Shown in pieces: positions 1 through 10,200 of a DNA stretch of 64,000 bases; the first letter of the stretch is position 1; each line of letters opens with the position of its first letter. The stretch lies in IMG/VR virus record IMGVR_UViG_3300008267_000012; one strand, given 5' to 3'. This DNA comes from a virus. Lineage: Duplodnaviria; Caudoviricetes. The notes under the pieces are model-generated. The model made no database searches. It saw only the letters and a program-made list of their open reading frames with translations, and was not told where the DNA came from. The translations under genes and the position numbers were made by a program.

Positions 1-55
1 ATTGTTAAAATTTTTACAAAGATATAAGATTGGAAATTCCTGTGCAATTTTTTTT

Positions 56-745
56 TTAGATTCTGTCCAAAAAATATTTGTTCTCAGGTTTCCAAATTTT
101 GGGAAGGAATTTTAAATCCATTGATTCATAGAAATGATACCGCCAAATTAAAACAAAAACTTTGACTGATAAAGTATCTATAAGATAACGATTGATATCA
201 AAGTCAAAATTTTCATTTATCAACCCATCATACTTATCAAGTATTTTATTTATTTTATTTCCAATTTTTATGGGGTCATTTTTTTTATAATCTCTTTTAT
301 ATTTGAGATTTCTTATTAAATGTATATCTCTAACCAATCTTCTATAATAGAGTGGTACAAAATCACTATAAATTTTATCTCTCAGTTCTGTTGCTTTGTC
401 TTCATATTCATTATGACAAGTTCTACACATAGTCAATAAGTCATGATGATTAAATTCTTTAAATTCAACAGGAAGATAAGGAAAGTATTGTTGAGGAACA
501 ACATGATGTTTAGTTAGATTATCCTTTGTACCACAACATACGCAATAATCTTGATATGATTCTTTAAAGTTATTGTAATCAAGTATAAATTCCTTTTCTA
601 CAAAACATAATCTAATATTATCACTACCATCAATTATTTCAGCTAGATTTCTTTTTAAATACCAATTTGCTCTTTTCTTACTTGTGTGTGATAAGAACCG
701 ACCATCTTTGCTATGTACTTCTATTCTTTCCCGACTACCTGACAT
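56..745 (-). CDS. HNH endonuclease-like protein (resembles the HNH-type region of EXD2-family proteins)
   Basis: CVCCG...LTKHHVVP...HDLLTMCRTCHNEYE zinc/HNH motif; N-terminal SKDGRFLSHTSKKRANWYLKRNLA segment. Confidence 0.75.
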   Translation of the reverse strand: MSGSRERIEVHSKDGRFLSHTSKKRANWYLKRNLAEIIDGSDNIRLCFVEKEFILDYNNFKESYQDYCVCCGTKDNLTKHHVVPQQYFPYLPVEFKEFNHHDLLTMCRTCHNEYEDKATELRDKIYSDFVPLYYRRLVRDIHLIRNLKYKRDYKKNDPIKIGNKINKILDKYDGLINENFDFDINRYLIDTLSVKVFVLIWRYHFYESMDLKFLPKIWKPENKYFLDRI

Positions 746-746
746 A

Positions 747-1277
747 TTAAATATTGTTTATTAATGCTAATTCAAATTGTCTTGCATCAATTAGACTTTT
801 TGCTTTAATATAACGGTTATTCTTCCTATAATAAACATGTTTGTGTAAATCTTTATTTTTAACGGCTTTAACAACTTTGTTAAACCCTAAACAAAAACTT
901 GCATGTGCATGAGCAAGTTTCCAATTGTATGAGCTATCTTTGAATTTATTATTTATTTCTGTTAACGCTTTATTGAAATCTTCTTTTAAAATTTCCATTG
1001 CTTTTGTTGTATCAACAGATTTAAATCTTTCTCCTTTCAATAATCTATGCCCATACCCAATAGTTTTAAAACCTGCTGGGCATCTATAAACTTTTGGCAT
1101 AAACTTTTCTCTTTCTTTTAATTCATTTATACATTCATTATAAACATTCAAACTATCGTTTTCTTCAAATGTATGAGAAATGTTTTGTTTGTTTCTTTTG
1201 TGAAATTTATTGTTTTCAAATTTAAAGAACAATAAAACCATTAGTATGGTACATACTTTATTAAATGTTGTTTTCAT
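747..1277 (-). CDS. GH24 phage lysozyme (endolysin) with N-terminal hydrophobic segment
   Basis: E57-x8-C66-x5-T72 triad (EKFMPKVYRCPAGFKTIGYGH); hydrophobic aa 8-20. Confidence 0.88.
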   Translation of the reverse strand: MKTTFNKVCTILMVLLFFKFENNKFHKRNKQNISHTFEENDSLNVYNECINELKEREKFMPKVYRCPAGFKTIGYGHRLLKGERFKSVDTTKAMEILKEDFNKALTEINNKFKDSSYNWKLAHAHASFCLGFNKVVKAVKNKDLHKHVYYRKNNRYIKAKSLIDARQFELALINNI

Positions 1278-1294
1278 ACGATTTTTTGTTTTTG

Positions 1295-1302
1295 CAAATA
1301 TA
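1295..1302 (-). promoter_or_regulatory. Bacteroidota-type -7 promoter element TAnnTTTG upstream of endolysin
   Basis: TATATTTG on minus strand 17 nt before the ATG; TTTG 21 nt further upstream (1324-1327) fits the -33 element. Confidence 0.6.
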
Positions 1303-1369
1303 AAAATAAAAATTTGTCTTTTCCAAAAAATGGAGAAGAAAATTTTAAAAAACTTAATTTTACTTTGTG

Positions 1370-4300
1370 TTATTTAACAAAAAAGTAAGCAGTTTTTGTT
1401 TTAACTGTCTGAGTACAACTTGTACATACTACATCTACTCTATACCATCTGTTTGAATAGGAAGGTAATGGACTTGCAACTCTCAAAAATGTGCTTGAGT
1501 TAAGTTCAGATGTAGTAAAAGTGATATTACCATTACTTTGACCTGCGTTTCTAACAGAACCCCCTGTTGGTTGCCAAATAAGTTTTGAAGCCTGTGTTTG
1601 CGATAATGTACTATCACTTGCTAAAAATCCATTAGCTGAATTTCCATTATAGAATAAAACTTTATAACCTGTACTTGAACAACTATTACTTAAATTAAAA
1701 GAGTAAGTAAAATTTGTTCTTCTTCTATCAATTGCTGTAATTGATGTTGTAGTACAAGCTGATGTTGGTACTGATGGGTTATAATTTACAATAACATTAA
1801 TAGGTAATGAGATTGAATTATATATTCCATTCTTTAATACTCCTGTATAACTATATGTGCCATTTGCTTTGTTTGTGACTGATAGTGTTGTTGTAAATGA
1901 ATTATTATTTGTTAATGGTGAAGATTTAACAATTGTACTTCCTTCTTTAATTTCATAAGATGTTGCATTATGATTTGAAGGTGTATTAAATGTAATTATA
2001 TAATTTTTATCTAAATTAACTAAAGTATCAGCAGTAACAGTTGGTACTGCTAAACTGATTACAGGATTATAATTTACAGCTACAGCTACAGAATTTGATG
2101 TAGTATTGTTTGGTGTCTTAGACGAATTTAAAAGTTTAGCAGTATGTGTATATGTTCCGTTTGAAATACCCAATCTGCTAAGAGTTATTGTTATTGAATT
2201 ATTATTAGCTAAATTACCTGAACCAATAACAGTAGTTCCTTGTAATATCTGATACGATGTTGCATTATGGTTCTGTGGGATTGCAAAGGATAATACATAA
2301 TTTGGGTCTTTATTTGATGTACTATCAACAGATAATGTTCCTGTTAAAATTGGGGTTACATTAAAAGACACATTTACTGTAACAGGACTTGAGGTTTTAG
2401 TTTGACTTCCATTACTTAAATTAGCTGTGTGAGTATATGTTCCATTAGTTACATTTGTTCTAGCTGTTGTAATAGTTGTGGCATTGTTATTTGCTAAATT
2501 ACCTGAAGCGATTACAGTTGTTCCTTGCAAAACTTGATATGATGTAGCGTTATGTGTTGATGGTATTGTTGTAGTTAGTGTATAGTTCTTATCTAAGTTA
2601 TTTGCACTATCTACACTAATTGTTGGGGTTTTTAATGCTGTTGGTGAGTCTGTACCATCAACAGTAATTGTATTAATAAAAAGATTATTGGATGGTATTG
2701 TTGTTAATTGTGTTGGTTTAAATACAAAAGCAAATTGAACATTTTTACATGTATCATAAGAAGATAAATCAACTGTTTCAGTTCTCCAATCTGAAGATGT
2801 AATAGAAGCAGGTTTATATGGTGATGTTGATGTGTAAAGATTAGTAACAGTTCTTAAAGTAGTACCACCCTTTTTATAGATTCTAACAGGTATTGTTTTA
2901 CCACTAAAATATGCTAATATCTCTAAACTATCGTATCTTGGTGATGAACTAAGACCTAAAGCATGAGCAACTTTAAAATTAAGATTCAAGCTACTTAAAT
3001 TATTATTTGTATAAACAGGAGAAAATGCTGTGTCTTGTAAAAATGCTGGGCTAGGATTATTAGTGCTTGTTATTGCAAATGTATGATAAAGCGCATTATA
3101 TGTTGTTAATAAAAAAGACTTACTATTTTGCCAAAAACTTTGAACTAATGCACCATTATAGTTTGTGTTTAAATCTGATAATGATTGTGGACCTTTAAAT
3201 TCCCAATTGGGATAATTTGCTGCTGTCCAAGTTGAAAATGTTTCTGTTTGTGGAATATTAAGTAATGGATTTACTCTTATTCTAATTTTAGCGGCATTTG
3301 ATAAGCAACCAGTTTGTGTTGCTGTTACTGAATATAAACCTGAATTAGAACTTGTAAGAGAATTTATATTTGGACTTTGAGAACTTGATGTAAAACTATT
3401 TGGTCCTGTCCAACTATATGTTGCACCACCTACTGTTGTTGTTCTTAATGGTAATATTTCACCTGCTGAATAAAATCTTCTTGGTGTTGTTACTTTAATA
3501 TATGGTATAGCGTTTCCAGGTAAACAAGATGAACCTGTTCTTATTTTGTCACCAGGTAATGGACCGAATCCTTTCATTAAATCAACACCAGTAGATGCTG
3601 TATGACAATAACTCATTATTGTACCTTTTATAGGTTTTACTAATGTACCACAACCACCTTCTCCTGCATAACAAGAGTCAATTCTACCTGTTCCACCACC
3701 TGCTTTAGGCCAACCGCACCAATGTGTATGTTTTGAACCAAAATTATGACCCATTTCGTGTGCTACAACGTATACAGACCATGAATATGTATTTATATTA
3801 TTATTAAAAGTATTATAAATATTGGAATAACCAAAACGGTTATTATAATATAAAGGATTACAAACAACATCAATCCAAGCTATTCCACCTAAAAACCCAA
3901 AATTTGTTCCTAACAAATGTCCAAGTTTTTGTGTTATATTCTGTCTTCTTGTTGTAAAATTATTTAAAATTGCTAATGATGATATTGGACTTATTGATGC
4001 ATATGGGTCAGGAGTTGTCCAAATATAAACTTGGTCAACATAAATTGATATACCTTCATTTTCATAAATTTGTTTTACTAGATTAAATAATGATGTGACT
4101 TTTGCGGTTGTATTTGCAACAGATAACCCATTCTCTTGGTACATTCTATAATCACACTCAACATATATACCTATTGTTTTACATCCTGAACCACCAACGG
4201 CCTCTCCTACTTCAGGTGTAGGTGTGTTACCAATTTGTGGTTGTACTTCTCTTAACCATTGATTCTCATCCACATTTAAAGGTGGGTCAGGTGTAGTACA

Positions 4301-4819
4301 ATCAAAACTAGGTTTAGAAGAACCCATTTCTGATTCAGGTAGTGCTACATATGTATCTTTTGCAGTTCTTAGTTTACCAATGTTAATATTGTCATTTCCA
4401 TCTCCTTGTAATAAACCACCAATATCATCTTTAGTAACAGTTAAACCACCAAAGCTTCTTTCATTTTTTCTATCAAAAACTTTATAACTTACACCTGTAA
4501 AATCTTTTCCTGAAAATTCTCTACCATCAGATGTTGTAACTTTAAAAGTTGATGTTACAACCTGATGTTTTTTAAATACATAAGATTTTATTTTACCATT
4601 TGGTCTTGGTAAATCAAAAACAAATTCTTCAGGTTCACTTCTATATAAAGTTGATAATGTTGTTCTATCTAAAGATAATTGTAAACCTTTTTGTTTAATC
4701 TTACTACTTTTAGGTGCATTGGGGAAGTTCCTCAAAAAATTAAATCTTTGAGGTTCTTCCTGTGCATATGATTTTAAAGTTAATAATGTTAATAATAAAT
4801 ACAGATATATTTTTTTCAT
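1370..4819 (-). CDS. Secreted M12B/reprolysin-like zinc metalloprotease with pro-region, Ig-like repeats and shared 4-Cys C-terminal domain
   Basis: Signal peptide MKKIYLYLLLTLLTLKSYA|Q; HEMGHNFGSKH (HExxHxxGxxH, nt 3728-3760); Met-turn-like TIMSYC; three VDSxxNxD repeats. Confidence 0.88.
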   Translation of the reverse strand: MKKIYLYLLLTLLTLKSYAQEEPQRFNFLRNFPNAPKSSKIKQKGLQLSLDRTTLSTLYRSEPEEFVFDLPRPNGKIKSYVFKKHQVVTSTFKVTTSDGREFSGKDFTGVSYKVFDRKNERSFGGLTVTKDDIGGLLQGDGNDNINIGKLRTAKDTYVALPESEMGSSKPSFDCTTPDPPLNVDENQWLREVQPQIGNTPTPEVGEAVGGSGCKTIGIYVECDYRMYQENGLSVANTTAKVTSLFNLVKQIYENEGISIYVDQVYIWTTPDPYASISPISSLAILNNFTTRRQNITQKLGHLLGTNFGFLGGIAWIDVVCNPLYYNNRFGYSNIYNTFNNNINTYSWSVYVVAHEMGHNFGSKHTHWCGWPKAGGGTGRIDSCYAGEGGCGTLVKPIKGTIMSYCHTASTGVDLMKGFGPLPGDKIRTGSSCLPGNAIPYIKVTTPRRFYSAGEILPLRTTTVGGATYSWTGPNSFTSSSQSPNINSLTSSNSGLYSVTATQTGCLSNAAKIRIRVNPLLNIPQTETFSTWTAANYPNWEFKGPQSLSDLNTNYNGALVQSFWQNSKSFLLTTYNALYHTFAITSTNNPSPAFLQDTAFSPVYTNNNLSSLNLNFKVAHALGLSSSPRYDSLEILAYFSGKTIPVRIYKKGGTTLRTVTNLYTSTSPYKPASITSSDWRTETVDLSSYDTCKNVQFAFVFKPTQLTTIPSNNLFINTITVDGTDSPTALKTPTISVDSANNLDKNYTLTTTIPSTHNATSYQVLQGTTVIASGNLANNNATTITTARTNVTNGTYTHTANLSNGSQTKTSSPVTVNVSFNVTPILTGTLSVDSTSNKDPNYVLSFAIPQNHNATSYQILQGTTVIGSGNLANNNSITITLSRLGISNGTYTHTAKLLNSSKTPNNTTSNSVAVAVNYNPVISLAVPTVTADTLVNLDKNYIITFNTPSNHNATSYEIKEGSTIVKSSPLTNNNSFTTTLSVTNKANGTYSYTGVLKNGIYNSISLPINVIVNYNPSVPTSACTTTSITAIDRRRTNFTYSFNLSNSCSSTGYKVLFYNGNSANGFLASDSTLSQTQASKLIWQPTGGSVRNAGQSNGNITFTTSELNSSTFLRVASPLPSYSNRWYRVDVVCTSCTQTVKTKTAYFFVK

Positions 4820-4823
4820 ATAA

Positions 4824-7244
4824 TTAATTTGTTACATAGAAATAAGCGACTCTCTTTTTGTTTGTTTGAGAACAAGTAGTACAAACTATTTCAACTTTAT
4901 ACCATCTATTTCCAAGAACAGGTAATGGACTTGCAACTCTGTTAAATACTTTAGAAGTAAGTTCAGCATTTGTGAATTTTATATTTCCATTTGGAAATCC
5001 AACATTTCTAGGGCCACCACCTTCAGGTTTCCAAGTTAATCTATTTATTTGTGTTTGTGTTAGACTTGAATTGCTTGCTGAAACTCCTGTTACATTTTGT
5101 CCACTATAAAATAATGCTTTATAACTTGTTGTAGGACAATTTGGGTTTAAAGTAAATGAATATCTAAAACTACTTTTACTAGTATTTGGTGATGTAAGTG
5201 TACTAGTTGTACAAGCTTTAGCATCAACAACAGGTGCAGGAACATAAGTACTTGTAAAATTTATATTACTTTTTACAATTTGTGTTGTCTTATTAAATAC
5301 TCTAACAGAATATGTATATGTACCAGCTGTCTTGTTTTTAAATTTTAAACTAGTAGATGTTCTATTTTCTGGATTTAATAATCCCGAACCTATTAATCTA
5401 CCATTTTCACTAACTTCATATTGTGTTGCTTTATGTCTAGTTGGTAACGGTATTGTTAATGTATATGTACCTGTAGATGGTGAAGGATTATTAATAACAG
5501 GATTAAAATCTGTTATTGGGGTTGTAAATGTATCAACTAATACAGGTAATGTATCTGTACTAACCAAATTTAATCTGTTTTTATCAAAAATACTGAAAAT
5601 ACCATCTTGTGTATTACCTATTGATACTGTATGTTTATGAATACCATTGCTTGCTCTCCTTATAGTATATTCAATCATTTTAAAACCGCCTACAATATCT
5701 GATATTACTAATTGTGTATCTGATTGTGATTCTAAAAAAATACTGTTTTTAATTAATTTTTTACCATCATAAAATAATATTACATCACTATTATGGTCTG
5801 GTGGTAAAAATACTCTTAATTTATATGTCCTATCTTTATTTCTTGTTGAGTCAACATCAAGTCTTGGAACTCCTACAGGTGGATACGGAAAATCTGTGTA
5901 CACCGTTACATTTTGATAACCATCTTTAATATATCCATTTTTTAAAAGTAATTTAACACCATAAATAACTTTACCATTAAGTGTACTATCTCTCATTATA
6001 GTTACTGTTGTATCATTATATTCTATACGAGTAGGATTGTATGTTATACTATCATAAATAATACTATCTAATTTTATCGTTTCTATAAGTATATCGGCAG
6101 ATGATGTTTTTGCATATACAAATGCTAAAGATGAATTGTGATTATTTGGTATATTTACTGTTAAAGTATGTGTTCTATCATAATTATGTACGCTATCAAC
6201 TGTTATTGAAGGTGGGCTTTGAGGGTCTAAGGTGTCAATCATATAGTTAATAGCAAATTTATCTATTATTGTCAGACTTGAGTTACTAACTCTATAATTT
6301 ATCCCAGGAAAAGGCTTCAATATTATCATAACTTTTATCGTATTAGCTGTATCATATGGACTTAAATCAAAACTAAACCTTTTCCAATCGTATGATTTAT
6401 TTGATGTTGGGTAACGAAGTCTAGTTGTATCTAAATATTCACTAGTACTTAACTGTAACCCACCTCTTTTCCATAATTCAACAGGTGTTTGATTATTTCC
6501 AATTAAAGCTTTTACAATCAAAGTATCATACTCACTATCTGTAGAATCTGCTAAATAATGGACATAATTAAAATGAAGAGTTAATTTTCTATCATTACTT
6601 GATGTGTCAGGTATTGAAAAAACATTAGATATTATACTATCAGGATATGAATATATTGATGTGTCAGGAGAGTGATAAACAGCATTGTATGGTAAACCAC
6701 CATCAAGATAATATCTTAAACTATTCCAAAGACTTTTAATATTTTTACCTGCTAAAACAGAACTATCACTAGGTCTATAAACACCTTTAAATTCCCAATT
6801 AGGATAGTTACCATTATGTTCCATTTCTTCAAAACTTTCATAAAATGGAACACTCAAACCTGATGTTACTGTAATATGTATTGAATCAAGTGTTGTTGGG
6901 CAACCACTTTGTCTAAATCTAACATAATACCATCCTGAATCTGCTAATGTTAAATTATTTCTTACAGAAAAAGTATTTTCTTCAACACCAAAATCACCAG
7001 CAAAATCTTCTAATGATGTTGTATCTCCATTTGGATATATAAAGTTATAATACAAAAGATTTAGACCATCGGTTGAACCTTCACTAACAAATCTAAATAC
7101 TGATAATGTTAAATTAGAACCAACAGGGTATGAAGTTTGTGTTGTTACAATAGAAGGTTGAGAACAAAATGTCTCTAATTGTCCAAAAGATAAATTTGGT
7201 AACAAAAGTATTAAACTTGTGAGTATGTAAAGTATTTTTTTCAT
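4824..7244 (-). CDS. Secreted protein of the 4-Cys C-terminal domain family (no protease domain)
   Basis: Start moved to ATG 7244 (MKKILYILTSLILLLPNLSFG|Q), just after the upstream stop at 7252; shares the YPNWEFKG domain, VDS repeats and C-terminal domain with neighbours. Confidence 0.8.
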   Translation of the reverse strand: MKKILYILTSLILLLPNLSFGQLETFCSQPSIVTTQTSYPVGSNLTLSVFRFVSEGSTDGLNLLYYNFIYPNGDTTSLEDFAGDFGVEENTFSVRNNLTLADSGWYYVRFRQSGCPTTLDSIHITVTSGLSVPFYESFEEMEHNGNYPNWEFKGVYRPSDSSVLAGKNIKSLWNSLRYYLDGGLPYNAVYHSPDTSIYSYPDSIISNVFSIPDTSSNDRKLTLHFNYVHYLADSTDSEYDTLIVKALIGNNQTPVELWKRGGLQLSTSEYLDTTRLRYPTSNKSYDWKRFSFDLSPYDTANTIKVMIILKPFPGINYRVSNSSLTIIDKFAINYMIDTLDPQSPPSITVDSVHNYDRTHTLTVNIPNNHNSSLAFVYAKTSSADILIETIKLDSIIYDSITYNPTRIEYNDTTVTIMRDSTLNGKVIYGVKLLLKNGYIKDGYQNVTVYTDFPYPPVGVPRLDVDSTRNKDRTYKLRVFLPPDHNSDVILFYDGKKLIKNSIFLESQSDTQLVISDIVGGFKMIEYTIRRASNGIHKHTVSIGNTQDGIFSIFDKNRLNLVSTDTLPVLVDTFTTPITDFNPVINNPSPSTGTYTLTIPLPTRHKATQYEVSENGRLIGSGLLNPENRTSTSLKFKNKTAGTYTYSVRVFNKTTQIVKSNINFTSTYVPAPVVDAKACTTSTLTSPNTSKSSFRYSFTLNPNCPTTSYKALFYSGQNVTGVSASNSSLTQTQINRLTWKPEGGGPRNVGFPNGNIKFTNAELTSKVFNRVASPLPVLGNRWYKVEIVCTTCSQTNKKRVAYFYVTN

Positions 7245-7251
7245 AGTTTTA

Positions 7252-10200
7252 TTATTCATTAAAGTAGTAATATATTGATTTAATGTTTTGAGATGTAGAA
7301 CCGCTAGGACAAGCTGTACAAATAACATCAATTCTATACCAATTATTTAAAGTCGTTGGTTTAGGGGTTAATCTACTGAACATTTTATTTAGTCGTTCTT
7401 GTTGTGTAAATCTTATTGTTCCATCAGGAATCTCATCATTTTGGAATCTTGCAATTGGTGTAGGGTTTACTGTTAATTTTTTAACATAGAAATCTTCAAG
7501 ATATTCATTATTTGCATAAATTGTAGTTGCGACTTCATTACCATTACTATCAACACTAGTTGATGTTGAATTTTCTAATTTATATAATAAAACTCTATAT
7601 TTCGTTAAAGGACAAGAGGATAATAAATCAAAATTTAAAATATCTGTAAATGGTTCTATATTAAAATTATTAAGTGGAATACATGGTCTAGGATTTAATT
7701 TAACTTGTACAAAATTTGAATTTTGAAGAGGATATGAAACATTATTTGCAGCACTATATGCTCTTAAAATATATGAATACGCACCTGGGTTAGGTTTTTT
7801 ATCTTTTATTGAATCAACCTGTAAAAAACAATTATATTGTTGTGTAATCTGTACTCTTTTCTTGAAAACAAAAGGATTAGAAGTATTTGATTGATTTTTT
7901 TCATAAACATCCACGAAATCTATATTATTTAATTCATCAGGTTTAGGAGAATTAACTTCAATATATAAATTATAATTACCATAATTAAAATCAGATACAT
8001 CACTTAATTGTGGTATTTGTCCGTTTGGTGTTAAAGAATCTGAATTTCTAACATATAATTTAATAACTCCAAGAGGTACGGTACATGTTCTACAAATAGC
8101 TACACTAGTTGGTTCAGTAAATTCAACAGTAGGATTGTCAAGAATACTACTATATCTAAGACGATATAAATGTAAACCATCTGGTATATTTGTAAGATTG
8201 AAATTATAAGAACATGTTACGTTATAATTATAAAATTTAACATTAGTTGGCATTGCAGGTGTACAATTTGTATATGTTAAGGTTTGTCCTACATTTTGCC
8301 ATGTAGTATCAGATTCTCCTGTAGGTGTTGTTACAATTGTACCTTTTTGTAATACGAAATTCTGAATATTTGACTTAGCAAAAAATGTAGTTTTTAATGA
8401 AAGATTACCATCAAAATTAAAAGCACTATCAGGAAAAAATATTGGTTTTCTTTTAGGTAACCTTTTTTGATATGTTGTAACACTTGTTGTTATTGTTTGT
8501 GGTTCTGTTTCATTAAAAATATTACCATTTATATTTGCTGTATTTAGATTTTCTAAAACAGCCTCTAAATTATATTGATTTCCAGGTGTTGTTTGAAAAG
8601 ACCCTTCTGCAAGTATAGGACCTACAAATGTACCATCCGCTTTTTTAATTTCATTATCATCTATACTATATGTTTGTTCTGTAATACCTGTCTTTAATAA
8701 TTGTCTAGTATTATCTGGTCTAATTAAATTAATTGTATATCTATAAACATTATTTGGTATTGGTGAAGTTAATTTCCAATTACCTACTCTATCTTCAGGG
8801 TCAACATTTGGATTCAAAGGTATAGTATCATTTACAGCATTAGTAATTTCAAGTGTTGGGTCTCCTCCTTCACATAATTCTAATGGAATATTTCTTCCAC
8901 TTAATATTTCCATAGAACCTAAAACTAATGAACTAGCATATAAACTAGAAGAAATATTTTTATAAACAATATCAAATTGTAAACTTCTACAATCATCAAA
9001 ATTTCTTATATCTAATTTTATATCAGACCAATCAACTGTATTTTTATAATATCTATTATTGATAGGACTTCTTAAATATTCTGCCATAGGCTTATGGTAT
9101 ATTTTAATGGGTTCTATTTCTCCTGTGTATACATTTTTTGTATATCCAGGAAACCACGCTACTGTTCCTATTGGCATTGGTACGCTATCAAATTCAATAG
9201 GTGAGTTAAAATAATGGTTTAATACATAACCTGGTCTTATTAATCTTTGTGTATTAAAATAACCAGGTGTTAATTCACCATTATTAGTTAATGTATAATT
9301 ACCACTACCAGTGCCTTCAAATTGTTCCGCAGGGTCACCAAATCTATGAAATTTAAAATGAGTTTTATTTTTATATGATGACATATCTTTTAGATTTCCT
9401 TCAAAAACTAAACTTCTCCTTAATGTACCATTTTCAGTTACACCTCTTGCCCATATTTCTATCTTATCTGCACCAAAATTTTGACCTGCTCTTATATTAG
9501 CACTCCATCTCATGCTCTGCGCTCCTGTTGGTGCATAATAATAAACAATACCTGTATCGGGTACAGTAAAATATGAATAACTTAATTTAAACCTTAAATA
9601 GTTATTTTGATTGTCATCATTAAAATATAAAGGTGAACGTGCTGTATCTGATGTACCTTTTCTAAAATTTGTTAAACTAGCCCAATCAGGTAAGGATTTT
9701 AGATTTCCAAATTCATTATTAAGATAATCAGTAGCTTTATAATTACGCTTACGAGTTTCACCCCAATAATCATCTCTTATAGCCTGTTCATTATCAAATT
9801 GTACATCATTTGTTCCCCATAAATAACTTAAAGTCCAAAAATCATAAGTTTTATCAATTCTAGTTATTGGGTCATACCAATTAATATTAAAAGGAGGTGT
9901 TTGAATTATTGGTCTTAATCTATACCATTCACTACCTTCTGAAAAAATACCAGGAAAAACTCTATTTGCTCTAGTTCTATTTATCCATATATAATCTCTT
10001 TCATGAAACCAACTAGAAGAATGCGCCCATGCTTCTGGACCTTGTCCAAGCCATGTATTTGAAGCATCGTTTTGCCATGTTTCATTATACCCATAAGTAC
10101 TTCTAGCACCTAAATCAATAATTTTGTTAGTTGCAAATAATCTATCTCTACCATAAAAATATTTTATTGGTGACTTAGCATTTGATGGTAATCTTCCACC

